64,000 nt of DNA from Flavobacteriales bacterium. Lineage in GTDB: Bacteria > Bacteroidota > Bacteroidia > Flavobacteriales_F > PHOS-HE28. The stretch is taken from the NCBI GenBank assembly GCA_016788295.1, contig JAEUSY010000025.1, positions 7,832-71,831 of the forward strand, read 5' to 3'. This document shows, piece by piece, positions 9,575-19,885 of this stretch; the first letter of the stretch is position 1, and each line of letters begins with the position of its first letter. A program made the translations under genes and the position numbers. The notes beneath the pieces are model-generated. The model saw only the letters and a program-made list of their open reading frames with translations, was not told the origin of the DNA and ran no database searches.

Positions 9575-12123
9575 ACATCATGCGCATCCTTCCGCTCCTG
9601 GTCCTATTGCTCCAGTTCGTTCCGGCCTTTGGCCAGTTCGAGCAAGGCCCGGTAATGGACCACAACTACCCGCAGGAGTACGAGATCGGCGGCATCACCG
9701 TGAGCGGCACCCTGGTTACGGACGCCAATGCCGTGAAGCTGTTCAGCGGCCTACAGGTGGGCGATAAGGTGACCGTACCGGGTGAGCGGATGACACGCGC
9801 GTTGCGCAACCTCTGGGACCAGAAGTTGTTCAGCGATATCCGCATTGAGGCCGCCGAGATCCGGGGGCGCACCATCTTCCTGCACATCATCGTGGTGGAG
9901 AAACCACGCTTATCGCGCTATCGCCTGAATAATGTGAGCCGCAACGAGAGCGACAAGCTGCGTGAAGAGATCCAATTGGTGCGCGGACAACAGGTGAACG
10001 AATCGCTGTTGGCCAACACCCGCACTGCCATTAGCAAGTATTACCGCGATAAGGGCTACCTGAAAGCGGACCTCCGTATCACAGAAAGACCCGATACCGC
10101 ACGCAGCGCACCACCCAACAGCGTGCTATTGGACCTCGATGTGCTGAAGGGCCCCAAGGTGAAGATCCAGGAAGTGGAGTTCGTTGGCAACAGCGAACTG
10201 AGCGACGACAAGCTTCGCAGGGCCATGAAGAAGACACGCGCCCGTCAATGGTGGAACTTCTTCGGCAGCAGCAAATTCATTCCATCTGAATACAAGGCGG
10301 ACAAGGCCAAGGTCATCGACGCATACAACAACGAAGGCTTCCGCAACGCAAGCATTCTGAACGATACCACTTGGTACGTGGGTGAAGACCGTTTGCATGT
10401 CCGCGTGACCGTTGAGGAAGGTGGGCGGTTCCACTTCAGGAACGTCACCTTCACGGGCAACACCAAACACACCGACAAGGAACTCCACGAGATCCTGAAC
10501 ATCAAGAAGGGCGACATCTACAGCAAGAAAACACTGGAGAGCAGGCTTTACATGAACCCGAGCGGCCGCGACATCAGTTCGCTTTACATGGATGATGGCT
10601 ACCTCGCCTTCTACCCCGACCCGGTGGAGATGTTCGTGGAAGGTGACAGCATCGACCTGGACATCCGGATCCGCGAAGGAAAACAGTACAGGATCCGGAA
10701 CGTCATCATCAAGGGCAATACAAAGACCAACGAGCACGTGGTGCGCCGTGAGATCCGCACCAAGCCCGGTCAATTGTTCAACCGCAGCGACATCATGCGC
10801 ACGCAGCGTGAACTTGCGCAGTTGGGCTACTTCAACCCCGAATCGCTGGGCGTGAACCCGATACAGGATGCACGCACGGGAACCGTTGACCTCGAGTACA
10901 CTGTGGAGGAAAAACCCAGCGATCGCTTGGAACTGAGCGGCGGTTGGGGCGCAGGCCGATTGGTGCTATCCTTGGGCCTCTCGTTCACCAACTTCTCCAT
11001 GCGGAAGTTCTTTGATGCCAAGGCCTGGCAGCCACTGCCCTCTGGTGATGGCCAAACCCTGAACCTCCGTGCCCAAACGAACGGCCGCTTTTTCCAGAGC
11101 TACAGCATCAGCTTCGTGGAACCTTGGCTTGGTGGACGCAAAGCCAATTCACTGAGCGTATCGGCCTACCACTCGGTGCAGACCAACGGCGCATCGAAGT
11201 ACATCCAGACCCCCAGCGGCCAGATCGCGAACCCATTGCGCAGTGCATTGCTGATCTACGGTGTCACCGTGGGCCTGGGCAAACGGATCAAGTGGCCCGA
11301 TGATTACTTCATCATGCGCAACACCCTGGGTTTCCAGAACTACAACCTGCAGAATTTCACGGGATCACAAGGTCAGGTCTTCTTCGATTTCAGCACGGGC
11401 CAGAGCAATGTGCTCTCGTACACGTTCCAATTGTCGCGCAACTCGGTGGACCAGCCCTTCTTCGCGCGGTCAGGCTCTGATCTCACCTACACGCTGAAGG
11501 CAACCCCGCCCTGGTCCGCCTTCCAGCCCGAGACCTACCGGGAAAACCTCTCCACGGGCAATGCCTTGTCGCAATGGGCGGAGTTCTATAAGATGAAGTT
11601 CACCACCACGTGGTACAACAAGCTCACCAACAGCAAGAGCGGGCATAACCTGGTGTTAATGACGCGCGCTGGCTACGGGTTCCTTAGCGCTTACAATTCA
11701 TCCACTGGCGACCCCTCCTTCGACCGCTTCTACCTCGGCGGTGTGCCGATCACCGGTTTCGTGCTGGACGGCCGCGAAATCGTGAGCCTGCGCGGTTACG
11801 ACGACTTCTCGTTGTCGCCGCAAACGGGAAATTTCATGATCGGTAAGTACACCACGGAACTACGCTTCCCGGTATCGCTGAACCCGCAGGCCACCATTTA
11901 TACGCTGGGCTTCTTCGAGGCGGCGAACACGTGGGACGGTCTGTCGAACTTCGATCCGTTCAAGATGTACCGGTCGGCGGGCATGGGCCTGCGTTTGTTC
12001 CTGCCCATGTTCGGACCGATGGGCCTCGATTACGGCTGGCGTTTGGATGATGTCCCGGGCCGTCCGGGCATGGCCCGCAGCCAGTTCCACTTCTCGATCG
12101 GCATAGATTTTGGCGAACTCTGA
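9571..12123 (+). CDS. bamA: Outer-membrane protein assembly factor BamA
   Basis: Multiple POTRA domains, LRGY motif, GLDYG...QFHFSIG C-terminus; synteny. Confidence 0.95.
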   Translation: MNIMRILPLLVLLLQFVPAFGQFEQGPVMDHNYPQEYEIGGITVSGTLVTDANAVKLFSGLQVGDKVTVPGERMTRALRNLWDQKLFSDIRIEAAEIRGRTIFLHIIVVEKPRLSRYRLNNVSRNESDKLREEIQLVRGQQVNESLLANTRTAISKYYRDKGYLKADLRITERPDTARSAPPNSVLLDLDVLKGPKVKIQEVEFVGNSELSDDKLRRAMKKTRARQWWNFFGSSKFIPSEYKADKAKVIDAYNNEGFRNASILNDTTWYVGEDRLHVRVTVEEGGRFHFRNVTFTGNTKHTDKELHEILNIKKGDIYSKKTLESRLYMNPSGRDISSLYMDDGYLAFYPDPVEMFVEGDSIDLDIRIREGKQYRIRNVIIKGNTKTNEHVVRREIRTKPGQLFNRSDIMRTQRELAQLGYFNPESLGVNPIQDARTGTVDLEYTVEEKPSDRLELSGGWGAGRLVLSLGLSFTNFSMRKFFDAKAWQPLPSGDGQTLNLRAQTNGRFFQSYSISFVEPWLGGRKANSLSVSAYHSVQTNGASKYIQTPSGQIANPLRSALLIYGVTVGLGKRIKWPDDYFIMRNTLGFQNYNLQNFTGSQGQVFFDFSTGQSNVLSYTFQLSRNSVDQPFFARSGSDLTYTLKATPPWSAFQPETYRENLSTGNALSQWAEFYKMKFTTTWYNKLTNSKSGHNLVLMTRAGYGFLSAYNSSTGDPSFDRFYLGGVPITGFVLDGREIVSLRGYDDFSLSPQTGNFMIGKYTTELRFPVSLNPQATIYTLGFFEAANTWDGLSNFDPFKMYRSAGMGLRLFLPMFGPMGLDYGWRLDDVPGRPGMARSQFHFSIGIDFGEL

Positions 12124-12150
12124 TCCGGTCGGGCTATTTTCGAAGCTCAC

Positions 12151-12813
12151 ATGAAACGCACGCTCCCCCTTCTTCTGGTCCTGATGGCCCTGTGCTGTGG
12201 ACCGCAGCGCGTACTTGCACAGCGTATCGCGTTCGTGAACACCAAGTACATCCTGGAGCAGATGCCCGAATATGGCGCCGCGCAAAAGGAACTGGACCGG
12301 CTCTCGAAACTGTGGCAGGACGAGATCGATGAGCGCTACCAGCAGATCAAGCGGCTTCGCGATGCATACAATGCCGAAGCGATCCTGCTGACCGAGGAAA
12401 TGAAGCGCTCACGGATGGAGGAGATCGAAAGGCGCGAACGCGAGGCCCGCGACCTGCAGAAGAAGCGCTTCGGTCCGAACGGCGACCTTTTCAAGAAGCG
12501 ACAGGAGCTGATCCAACCCATCCAGGACCGTGTGTACAACGCCATCAAGGAAGTGGCGGGCACCAGCTACATCGCCGTGTTCGATATCGGCGGACAAAGC
12601 AGTAACCTGCTTTTCGCCAGCGAGAAATACGACAAGAGCGACAGCGTCCTGCGCAAACTGGGCATCAGGCCCGGCAAGGAAGGCACAGGCGGTCGTGACG
12701 ACGAGGAATTCGGCCGCGACCCCGAGGAGACCCCTCCTGGAACGGACGGCGGAACACAGCCCCCACCGCAGAACCGCGGCGGAGGTGGACAAGACATCAA
12801 GCAACCCAAGTGA
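12151..12813 (+). CDS. skp: OmpH/Skp chaperone with disordered C-terminal tail
   Basis: IAFVNTKYILEQMPEY, KRQELIQPIQD. Confidence 0.9.
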   Translation: MKRTLPLLLVLMALCCGPQRVLAQRIAFVNTKYILEQMPEYGAAQKELDRLSKLWQDEIDERYQQIKRLRDAYNAEAILLTEEMKRSRMEEIERREREARDLQKKRFGPNGDLFKKRQELIQPIQDRVYNAIKEVAGTSYIAVFDIGGQSSNLLFASEKYDKSDSVLRKLGIRPGKEGTGGRDDEEFGRDPEETPPGTDGGTQPPPQNRGGGGQDIKQPK

Positions 12814-12827
12814 CGAACACCCAACCC

Positions 12828-13334
12828 ATGAAATACGTGATCATTGCCCTGAGCCTCCTGCTCTGCACCGCACAGGACGCCCTGGCGCAACACCTGAAGA
12901 TCGGCCACATCGATCGCCAGAAATTGATGCTGATGATGCCAGAGCGGAAAGCCGCTGAGACAACCATGCAGGCATTTGCCAAGACCTTGGAGGACCGTCT
13001 GAAGGCCATGGGTGCCGAATACCAGCAGATGGTGGCCAAGGCCCAGGCCGACGCCCCGACAATGACCCAGACCCAAAAGGACATGGCTGTTCGTGAGATC
13101 CAGGAGTTGGAGCAGCGCATCCAGGCCGCTCAGGAAAAAGCCCAAGAGGACCTTGCCAAACAGGAGGAAGAACTGTTGAAGCCCATGGTGGACAAGGCCA
13201 ATGCCGCGATCAAGGATGTGGCAGCGGCGAACAACTTCACGTACATACTGGACACCAGCACAGGCGCCGTGCTCTACTTCGACAAGGGTGAGGATATCCT
13301 TCCCTTGGTAAAGGCCAAGCTCGGCATCCAATAG
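12828..13334 (+). CDS. skp: OmpH/Skp chaperone (second paralog)
   Basis: KIGHIDRQKL, ELLKPM, DILPLVKAKLGI; alternative GTG start at 12810. Confidence 0.9.
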   Translation: MKYVIIALSLLLCTAQDALAQHLKIGHIDRQKLMLMMPERKAAETTMQAFAKTLEDRLKAMGAEYQQMVAKAQADAPTMTQTQKDMAVREIQELEQRIQAAQEKAQEDLAKQEEELLKPMVDKANAAIKDVAAANNFTYILDTSTGAVLYFDKGEDILPLVKAKLGIQ

Positions 13335-13345
13335 ATGGAACGCAG

Positions 13346-14176
13346 ATGACCGTGGCGCACGACGACCGGCCCATCGGCATCTTCGACTCAGGTATCGGAG
13401 GGCTCACAGTAGCCTCCGTCATTCGGCAGGCGCTCCCCTCGGAGCGCCTGCTCTATTTCGGCGATACGGCGCACATGCCCTACGGCCAGCGCCATCTGGA
13501 CGAGGTCCGAAAGTTCAGCTTCGGTATTGTGGATGCTTTGCGCCGGAAGCACTGCAAGATGGTGGTCATTGCTTGCAACACCGCCTCGGCAGCGGCGCTC
13601 TCCGCGTTGCGCGAAGCCCATCCCGGCTATCTGTTCGTTGGCATGGAACCGGCCGTGAAACCCGCTGTGGAACACACGCGCACGGGTACGGTGGGCGTTA
13701 TCGCCACCACGGCAACGTTCCAAAGCGAGCTTTACGCCAGTGTCGTGGAACGCTTCGCACAGGACGTGCAGGTGCTGCATCAACCCTGCCCCGGCCTTGT
13801 AAAGCAGATCGAAGCGGGCGAACTGGACACCCCGCTAACAGAGGAAATGCTACGTGGCTGGCTGCAACCCATGCTTGACAAGCACATTGATGCCCTTGTA
13901 TTGGGCTGCACCCACTACCCCATCGTACGCCCGCTGATCGAGCGGATCGTTGGGCCGGGTGTCCGGATCGTGGACCCAGCTCCTGCCATTGCAAGACAAG
14001 TGCAACGGCTGTTGGAAAGCTATGCGCTTACCTCCATGCCCACTGCGAAGGGCTCATTGACCTGCTGGACCAGCGGCGAGCCGAGCACCTTCCATGTGCT
14101 GCTGGAGCGACTTGGCCTGGGCAGCACCGAGGTGCGCGCTGCACAATGGTCCGGCGATGTGCTCAATCTTCCTTGA
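13346..14176 (+). CDS. murI: Glutamate racemase
   Basis: IGIFDSGIGG, VIACNTAS, LGCTHYP. Confidence 0.96.
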   Translation: MTVAHDDRPIGIFDSGIGGLTVASVIRQALPSERLLYFGDTAHMPYGQRHLDEVRKFSFGIVDALRRKHCKMVVIACNTASAAALSALREAHPGYLFVGMEPAVKPAVEHTRTGTVGVIATTATFQSELYASVVERFAQDVQVLHQPCPGLVKQIEAGELDTPLTEEMLRGWLQPMLDKHIDALVLGCTHYPIVRPLIERIVGPGVRIVDPAPAIARQVQRLLESYALTSMPTAKGSLTCWTSGEPSTFHVLLERLGLGSTEVRAAQWSGDVLNLP

Positions 14177-14681
14177 ACCAGGAAGCATAGAGCCGGTAAT
14201 TCGCTGCGATCCGTTCGATCTCGTTCCTCGAAAGATCCTCGCCGACATCGCGAATACGTTTGGCAGGCACACCGGCCATGAGACTGCCCGGTGGCACCAC
14301 CGTGTTTTGCAACACCACGGCGCCCGCGGCGATCACGCTTCCTTCACCGATCGTTGCATTGTCCATCACGATGGCACCCATGCCCACCAGCACCTTGTCG
14401 TGGATGGTACAACCGTGCACAATGGCGTTGTGGCCGATGCTCACGTCGTTGCCGATGGTGAGGGGCGCGCGTTGATAGGTACAATGCAGTACGGCCCCGT
14501 CCTGGATATTGACACGGTCGCCAATGCGGATGCTGTGTACATCACCACGCACCACGGCGTTGTACCAAACGCTACAGCCCACACCCATGCGCACGTCGCC
14601 GATCACAACGGCGGTCTCGGCGAGAAAAGGCTCATCTGCGAACTCGGGCGTGAACCCACGAACAGTGCGAACGAGCGCCAT
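14163..14681 (-). CDS. Gamma carbonic anhydrase family (hexapeptide repeat) protein
   Basis: VRGDVHSIRIG, NIQDGAVLH, IGHNAIVHGC. Confidence 0.93.
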   Translation of the reverse strand: MALVRTVRGFTPEFADEPFLAETAVVIGDVRMGVGCSVWYNAVVRGDVHSIRIGDRVNIQDGAVLHCTYQRAPLTIGNDVSIGHNAIVHGCTIHDKVLVGMGAIVMDNATIGEGSVIAAGAVVLQNTVVPPGSLMAGVPAKRIRDVGEDLSRNEIERIAANYRLYASWFKED

Positions 14682-14683
14682 GA

Positions 14684-15043
14684 TCAGTGTTTTTCAACGG
14701 GTTTGCCGCATCCTTCCTTCTGGCAACAGGCAGGCAATTTCGCAAAAGCCCTGGGATCGCCGGGCAGTTCATCGGCATAATATCCCAGCTTGGTCACGGC
14801 CAGGCGAATGGCTTCCGGCGAGGTCTTCCTTTCATCATACTCCACATGAATGGTGTTCGTGGGCAGGTCCACATCCACCTTTTTCACTCCCTTCTCGTAG
14901 ATGAGCTCGGTCTCGATGGTCGTTTCGCACATATCACAAACCGTGCTGGTGCGTATGTCGAGCTGAGCGTTCTTTTTGTCCTGGGCCTTTGCGGGCACCA
15001 TGACCGCCACCGCAAAAAGCAGCAAGATTATCCTGGTCATCAT
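14684..15043 (-). CDS. Exported heavy-metal-associated (HMA) domain protein
   Basis: Signal peptide, CDMC motif, C-terminal LPACC..GC. Confidence 0.88.
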   Translation of the reverse strand: MMTRIILLLFAVAVMVPAKAQDKKNAQLDIRTSTVCDMCETTIETELIYEKGVKKVDVDLPTNTIHVEYDERKTSPEAIRLAVTKLGYYADELPGDPRAFAKLPACCQKEGCGKPVEKH

Positions 15044-17307
15044 TTGTCCTTTTCAGTTTTCGATCGTTCCAACGTGTAGCGGAGGCCACCGTAGATCATG
15101 GCCTTGTTCGTGGGTCCCCAGATCAACGAGGCATCAAAGTACGGGCCGAAGGGGTCAGTTGCCGCAATGATCTGTTGCTGCTGCAATGTGCTTGTGAGGT
15201 TCTCGCCCCCGAGGTAGAACTCCCATTTGCCGACTACGCGTGTTACCTGCATGTGTAGCGTAGCGTATGCGGGCGAACGATCGATCATGCGATACTCCTC
15301 CGGGTTCGACATGGTGGAGGGGATGCGCGCTTCGCCGAACAGGTTCAGACTGAGATCAATGCGCCAACGTTCCTTGTTGTCGGCATAGGCCACATCGATC
15401 AGGCCACGGTGCACGGGCGTGAACGGGCGTTCCAATAGCCGGCCGGAGTAGGTGGTACGCACATCGTAGAACCGGTGGCTTAGTTTCAGGTCGAAGCTAC
15501 GGGAGAGCTTCACCTGTACATCGGTCAGAAGGCTGTTGGCATACGAGCTGCCGTTCAGCATGTACAGGGCGAGCATGTTAGGAGCACGGTCAAGATCGGC
15601 CACCACCTGGTCCGTAAAGACACTGTGGTAGGCATCCACGCCGAACACCCACTTGCGTCCCCACCATTTGAACTTGTGCAGGAAGGAAGCACCGATGTTC
15701 CACGAGCGCTCCATACCGAGATCACTCTCCCAGACCACGCGCCGCGAACTGGCCATCACCGCAGCATTCTCCACCAACGGATTCGCGGTGCGGAACCCAT
15801 GCCCCACGGAAAGCCGCGCGTTGGTAAGCGCGCCGAGATCGAACTTGGCGTGCACTCTTGGGCTCACCACATTGCCGAAGCGATCATTGGCATCGGCCCT
15901 GAGCCCGGCTACGAGCGTGAAACCGTTGCGCATGCGGGTATACTCCGCGAACGCACCGGGCATCCGTTCCGTGCGACCATGGTCCTGTACCTTACCAATG
16001 GAGTCGCTGAAGAACTCCTCATAATCATCGTACTGATAAGCCAGGCCCGCCTTCAACTGATCGGTGCCTTTGCCCAATAACTGTTGATACACGGCGTTCG
16101 CATAGAAGCTCTGCTGAAGGCCATCATAGGTGCGGACCCCATAGGTCGAACCGACCTCGTGCCGTCGCCCCGATACAATGAAACCGATGCTCTTGGCTGG
16201 ATCATCCTTGAAAATGAAGCCATGCTTGGCGAGCGCATCGACCATGCGGTTCCGGATATCAATGTCGTACAGCATTCCAGGACGATGCCCGGCATGTTCA
16301 GGACCGGCAGGCATTGCTCCATGGGCCGCGCTCTGACCTCCTTCACGCACATCATCAACAACACGCAAGGTGACCTGACCGCTCCGGCGTTCATCGGCAT
16401 ACATCCAACGGTCCATGACGTTAATGCGCCTGGTCATCGGCATGTCCATGAAGCCGTCGTTGTTCTGATCAAGCTCGGTGCCCATGTAATTGCCATGGAG
16501 CAACAGCAGGTTGGCGCTGTGTGCACCGGTCTTCTGCGCGGTGTGCACATTGGCCTCCACACGGCCCTGCGAGTTACCATAAAGGTTCACGAACAGGGGC
16601 GGCTCCCCCAACGGGTTCAACAAGCACAGGTCTATTTGGCCGGTCATGGCATTGGGTCCGTTCACGGCCGTGCCGATTCCCTTGCTCAAGTTGATGTCCT
16701 TGATCCACGTACCGGGGATCAACGTGAGGCCCGAAGAGGTGGAAAGGCCGCGCACAAAGGGGAAGTTCTCCACGCTGATCTGCGCATACTTGCCATCCAG
16801 ACCGAGCATGCGGATGGTCTTGGTGCCTGACACCGCATCACTATAGCTGACATCCACCGTGGCATTGGTCTCGAAGCTTTCGCTGAGGTCGCAGCAAGCC
16901 GCACGCTTCAGTTCCTTTTGTCCTATGGTCTCTGTGGCGTTCACCGTGCGTGTGCTGAGCTGCGTACCGCTCACGCGTTCCACCACTTCAACCGGCCCCA
17001 TGTCCACGGCCCACTGCAGTGTGATCTTCAAAGGCCCCTTTGGTACTTCCTTCAGCAGGAGCGTGTCGGACTTATAACCCACGAAGGAAGTGACCAATAA
17101 CGCAGGCCATTTGGGCGGCTGTTGAATGGAGAACTCGCCTTCGTACCCGGCCGTAGCACCGATGGTCGTGCCGGACCAGTGCACGTTGGCCCCAAGGAGA
17201 GCCTCGTTGCTCCCCTCGGCGAGCACCAGGCCTGTAATTGCGGTCTGCCCAAAGAGCGCACTCATTGACAGACCACCAAGAAGAAGTAATGCTAAGCGGA
17301 AGTTCAT
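15040..17307 (-). CDS. TonB-dependent receptor, AACC plug motif type (probably metal-related)
   Basis: CarboxypepD_reg N-domain, ELKRAACCDLSESFETN plug, barrel ending YGGLRY; His/Met-rich loop HGAMPAGPEHAGH. Confidence 0.92.
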   Translation of the reverse strand: MNFRLALLLLGGLSMSALFGQTAITGLVLAEGSNEALLGANVHWSGTTIGATAGYEGEFSIQQPPKWPALLVTSFVGYKSDTLLLKEVPKGPLKITLQWAVDMGPVEVVERVSGTQLSTRTVNATETIGQKELKRAACCDLSESFETNATVDVSYSDAVSGTKTIRMLGLDGKYAQISVENFPFVRGLSTSSGLTLIPGTWIKDINLSKGIGTAVNGPNAMTGQIDLCLLNPLGEPPLFVNLYGNSQGRVEANVHTAQKTGAHSANLLLLHGNYMGTELDQNNDGFMDMPMTRRINVMDRWMYADERRSGQVTLRVVDDVREGGQSAAHGAMPAGPEHAGHRPGMLYDIDIRNRMVDALAKHGFIFKDDPAKSIGFIVSGRRHEVGSTYGVRTYDGLQQSFYANAVYQQLLGKGTDQLKAGLAYQYDDYEEFFSDSIGKVQDHGRTERMPGAFAEYTRMRNGFTLVAGLRADANDRFGNVVSPRVHAKFDLGALTNARLSVGHGFRTANPLVENAAVMASSRRVVWESDLGMERSWNIGASFLHKFKWWGRKWVFGVDAYHSVFTDQVVADLDRAPNMLALYMLNGSSYANSLLTDVQVKLSRSFDLKLSHRFYDVRTTYSGRLLERPFTPVHRGLIDVAYADNKERWRIDLSLNLFGEARIPSTMSNPEEYRMIDRSPAYATLHMQVTRVVGKWEFYLGGENLTSTLQQQQIIAATDPFGPYFDASLIWGPTNKAMIYGGLRYTLERSKTEKDK

Positions 17308-17384
17308 TGATCCGGTAAAGAGTACAACCGAAGTACACGGTGAGCACATTGTGCTCCTACGCGCATGGCGCCTTTAACGGAACC

Positions 17385-17786
17385 CTAAATACGGTACACC
17401 CCCATCAGCGACCGGCGTTCGGAAGATGGTATTGGGGGCGGTTGGTCGCCAACTTCATTTGGCACTCCCATCGGAAGCGCGAACAAGGGTGAACGCCCAA
17501 AAAGCTCGGCATGCTGGACCGGAACGCACAGCGCTACGATACGATCATGCTGCAGCTGCGGTTGATCCACCACCACCTGTCCAAAGGTGCAGCATTTTGC
17601 ACGCAAAGCGGGGGCCGCCGGAGCATCTTGCATTCCGCACTCAGCGTAGGATACACCCAACGTGTAAACGCTGAAGCCTCCCTTTAAACACGTCATTCGC
17701 GACAGCGACAGGCCGCTCGTCGCCAACAGCAGCAACGCTGTCGCGGCGAACACCACCCATCTGCCCGGTCGTAAGAATGCGCTCAT
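17385..17786 (-). CDS. HYC_CC_PP-like Cys/Pro-rich membrane-anchored protein
   Basis: N-terminal hydrophobic helix, RMTC, C, KCC, then DQPPPIP and ...GVYRI end; directly upstream of the TonB receptor. Confidence 0.7.
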   Translation of the reverse strand: MSAFLRPGRWVVFAATALLLLATSGLSLSRMTCLKGGFSVYTLGVSYAECGMQDAPAAPALRAKCCTFGQVVVDQPQLQHDRIVALCVPVQHAELFGRSPLFALPMGVPNEVGDQPPPIPSSERRSLMGVYRI

Positions 17787-17793
17787 AACAGAA

Positions 17794-17880
17794 CAAATGT
17801 AGCCTAAGGGCCAAGGAGACCTTCCCCATACAACAGGTGCCATCTTGGGAACCCAAGGCCTTCGTTGCGGCCTAACTTTG
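17794..17880. promoter_or_regulatory. Divergent Bacteroidota sigma-A -7 boxes
   Basis: TACATTTG on minus strand (17801-17794) and TAACTTTG on plus strand (17873-17880) match TAnnTTTG. Confidence 0.7.
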
Positions 17881-17884
17881 CACC

Positions 17885-18496
17885 ATGCAGTCCACCAAGC
17901 GCCCGCCCGTATCCGTCTATGCCGAAATGACACCGAACCCGGCCACCATGCGGTTCGTTAGCAGCCGCCTGCTCATTCAGGATGGCCGCCTGCTCGAGTT
18001 CCGGACCCCGGAAGAGACCGAGAAGGTATCCCCACTGGCCGAGAAGGTGTTCAACCTGCCCTTCGTTACGGGTGTCTTCATCAGCAGCAACTTCATTTCC
18101 GTTACACGGAACAACTCGGTGACCTGGGACCTGGTGCAATTGGAACTACGTGAGTATATCCAGGAGTTCCTGAACACTGATGGCCGCGTGGTGTACGAGG
18201 ATGCTCCGGCACAAGCGCTGGCCGATGCGAACGAACGGGCCAGCACGCACGCCGATGCGAAGAACCCCGAGGACGAGAAGATCATCCGGGTGCTGGAGGA
18301 GTACATACGGCCCGCAGTGGAAGGGGACGGCGGGCACATCGCTTTCCGATCGTTCGAGGAAGGAGTGGTGACCGTTTCGTTGCGTGGCTCTTGCAGCGGT
18401 TGTCCCAGCAGCATGGTCACCTTGAAACAAGGCATTGAGAATCTGCTGAAACACGAAGTACCGGGGGTGCGCGAAGTGGTGGCCGAGGAACTATAG
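17885..18496 (+). CDS. NifU/Nfu family Fe-S carrier
   Basis: TPNPATMRF N-domain; IRPAVEGDGG, GSCSGCPSS. Confidence 0.93.
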   Translation: MQSTKRPPVSVYAEMTPNPATMRFVSSRLLIQDGRLLEFRTPEETEKVSPLAEKVFNLPFVTGVFISSNFISVTRNNSVTWDLVQLELREYIQEFLNTDGRVVYEDAPAQALADANERASTHADAKNPEDEKIIRVLEEYIRPAVEGDGGHIAFRSFEEGVVTVSLRGSCSGCPSSMVTLKQGIENLLKHEVPGVREVVAEEL

Positions 18497-18576
18497 AAGA
18501 AGATCGGTCCCAGGAAATTATCCGGGCACTTATGCGATCCAGCAGGCGCGTGCATCTTCTGTAAAAACACACGAAC

Positions 18577-19305
18577 ATGCGACACGCTCGAATTACCCTG
18601 GTCACAGCGCTCCTGGCAGGAGCCCTGCACGCCAGCGCCCAGAACGTGGGCGAGATACATGGCAAGGTGCTGGATGCGAACGGAGCACCCCTCTTCATGG
18701 CGAACGTGGTGACCGAACGTGGCGATGCGTTGATCGGCACCACCACGGACGAACGGGGGCACTTCGTACTGAAGCCCCTGGTGCCCGGAACCTACACGGT
18801 ACGCATGTCCTACGTGGGCATGGCTACGGCCGAGATCACCGGTATACAAGTGAACCCGGACAAGATCACTTTCCTGAAGGATGAACGACTGAAAGCCAAC
18901 ACGACCTTGATAGAGTTCGAGGTGGTTTGCCGCAGATGGGAGCAACCGTTGATCGATCCGGAGGAGCCGAGCAAGATCACGGTATTGGCGGCGCAGTTCG
19001 AGGACAGCCCAGTGCGCAAGAACCCGGTGGCCCTGATCGCAATAAGCTCACCCGACATCTACAAGGCCCCCAACAGCGACGACCTCTATTTCCGCGGATC
19101 CCGTTCCGATGCCATGGCGTATTTCGTTGACGGCGTGAAGGTGACCGGACAGCTGAAGGGCGTGCCCCCTGCATCCATCGCAAGCTTCACGATCTATACC
19201 GGCGGTCTTCCTGCCCGTTATGGCGATGTGACCGGTGGCGCGGTGGCCATTGAGACCAAGAGCTACTTCGACCTGTACATGCAACGACAAGCCGGCGTTC
19301 GTTAG
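18577..19305 (+). CDS. Carboxypeptidase-regulatory-like plus TonB plug domain protein without beta-barrel
   Basis: GKVLD..G.PL..ANV, TTTD..G.F, FRGSRS...YFVDGVKV, TGGLPARYGDVTGG..IETK, then stop after 14 aa. Confidence 0.8.
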   Translation: MRHARITLVTALLAGALHASAQNVGEIHGKVLDANGAPLFMANVVTERGDALIGTTTDERGHFVLKPLVPGTYTVRMSYVGMATAEITGIQVNPDKITFLKDERLKANTTLIEFEVVCRRWEQPLIDPEEPSKITVLAAQFEDSPVRKNPVALIAISSPDIYKAPNSDDLYFRGSRSDAMAYFVDGVKVTGQLKGVPPASIASFTIYTGGLPARYGDVTGGAVAIETKSYFDLYMQRQAGVR

Positions 19306-19315
19306 ACCCACGACC

Positions 19316-19885
19316 ATGTTCCTGCGCCGAAAGCCCACTTCCGTGCGAACGGACGAAGAACTGGTGACCATCCTACGGGGTGGCCACCAGTCGGCGTTGG
19401 GAGAGCTTTGGGACCGTTATGCACAACTACTGTTCGGGGTGTGCATGAAGTACCTGAAGGATACCGATCGCAGCAAGGACCTGGTGACCGAGCTGTTCAC
19501 CGACCTGCCTGCGCTGCTCAGCAAACATGCGGTGGAACGCTTCAGGCCTTGGGTGCATACGGTCATGCGCAACCGTTGCCTGCTGGTGTTGCGTGGCGAG
19601 CGCCGTACGGACCATGTGGACGAGCAGGCCTTGGCGGACCAAGCACTGACCGAAGATGATGCCTTGCTCCGCGAACGCACGTTGGTGCAGCTCGAAGAGG
19701 CCATCGAAAAACTCAACCCCGATCAACGCACCTGCATCAGGTACTTCCACCTGGAACGGCACAGCTATCAGCGCACAGCGGAACTGACCGGACTTTCAAT
19801 GGATCAAGTGCGCAGCCACCTGCAGAACGGACGGCGCAACCTCCGTCTCATCCTCCTCCACCATGCCCACCAGAATGAACATTGA
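19316..19885 (+). CDS. ECF RNA polymerase sigma factor
   Basis: TDEELV, RYAQLLFGVCMKYLKD, FRPWVHTVMRNRC, VRSHLQNGRRNL. Confidence 0.93.
   Translation: MFLRRKPTSVRTDEELVTILRGGHQSALGELWDRYAQLLFGVCMKYLKDTDRSKDLVTELFTDLPALLSKHAVERFRPWVHTVMRNRCLLVLRGERRTDHVDEQALADQALTEDDALLRERTLVQLEEAIEKLNPDQRTCIRYFHLERHSYQRTAELTGLSMDQVRSHLQNGRRNLRLILLHHAHQNEH

Noticed and set aside
14163-14176. 14-nt convergent overlap of murI and the gamma carbonic anhydrase gene
   Set aside because: Common in compact genomes; no further signal
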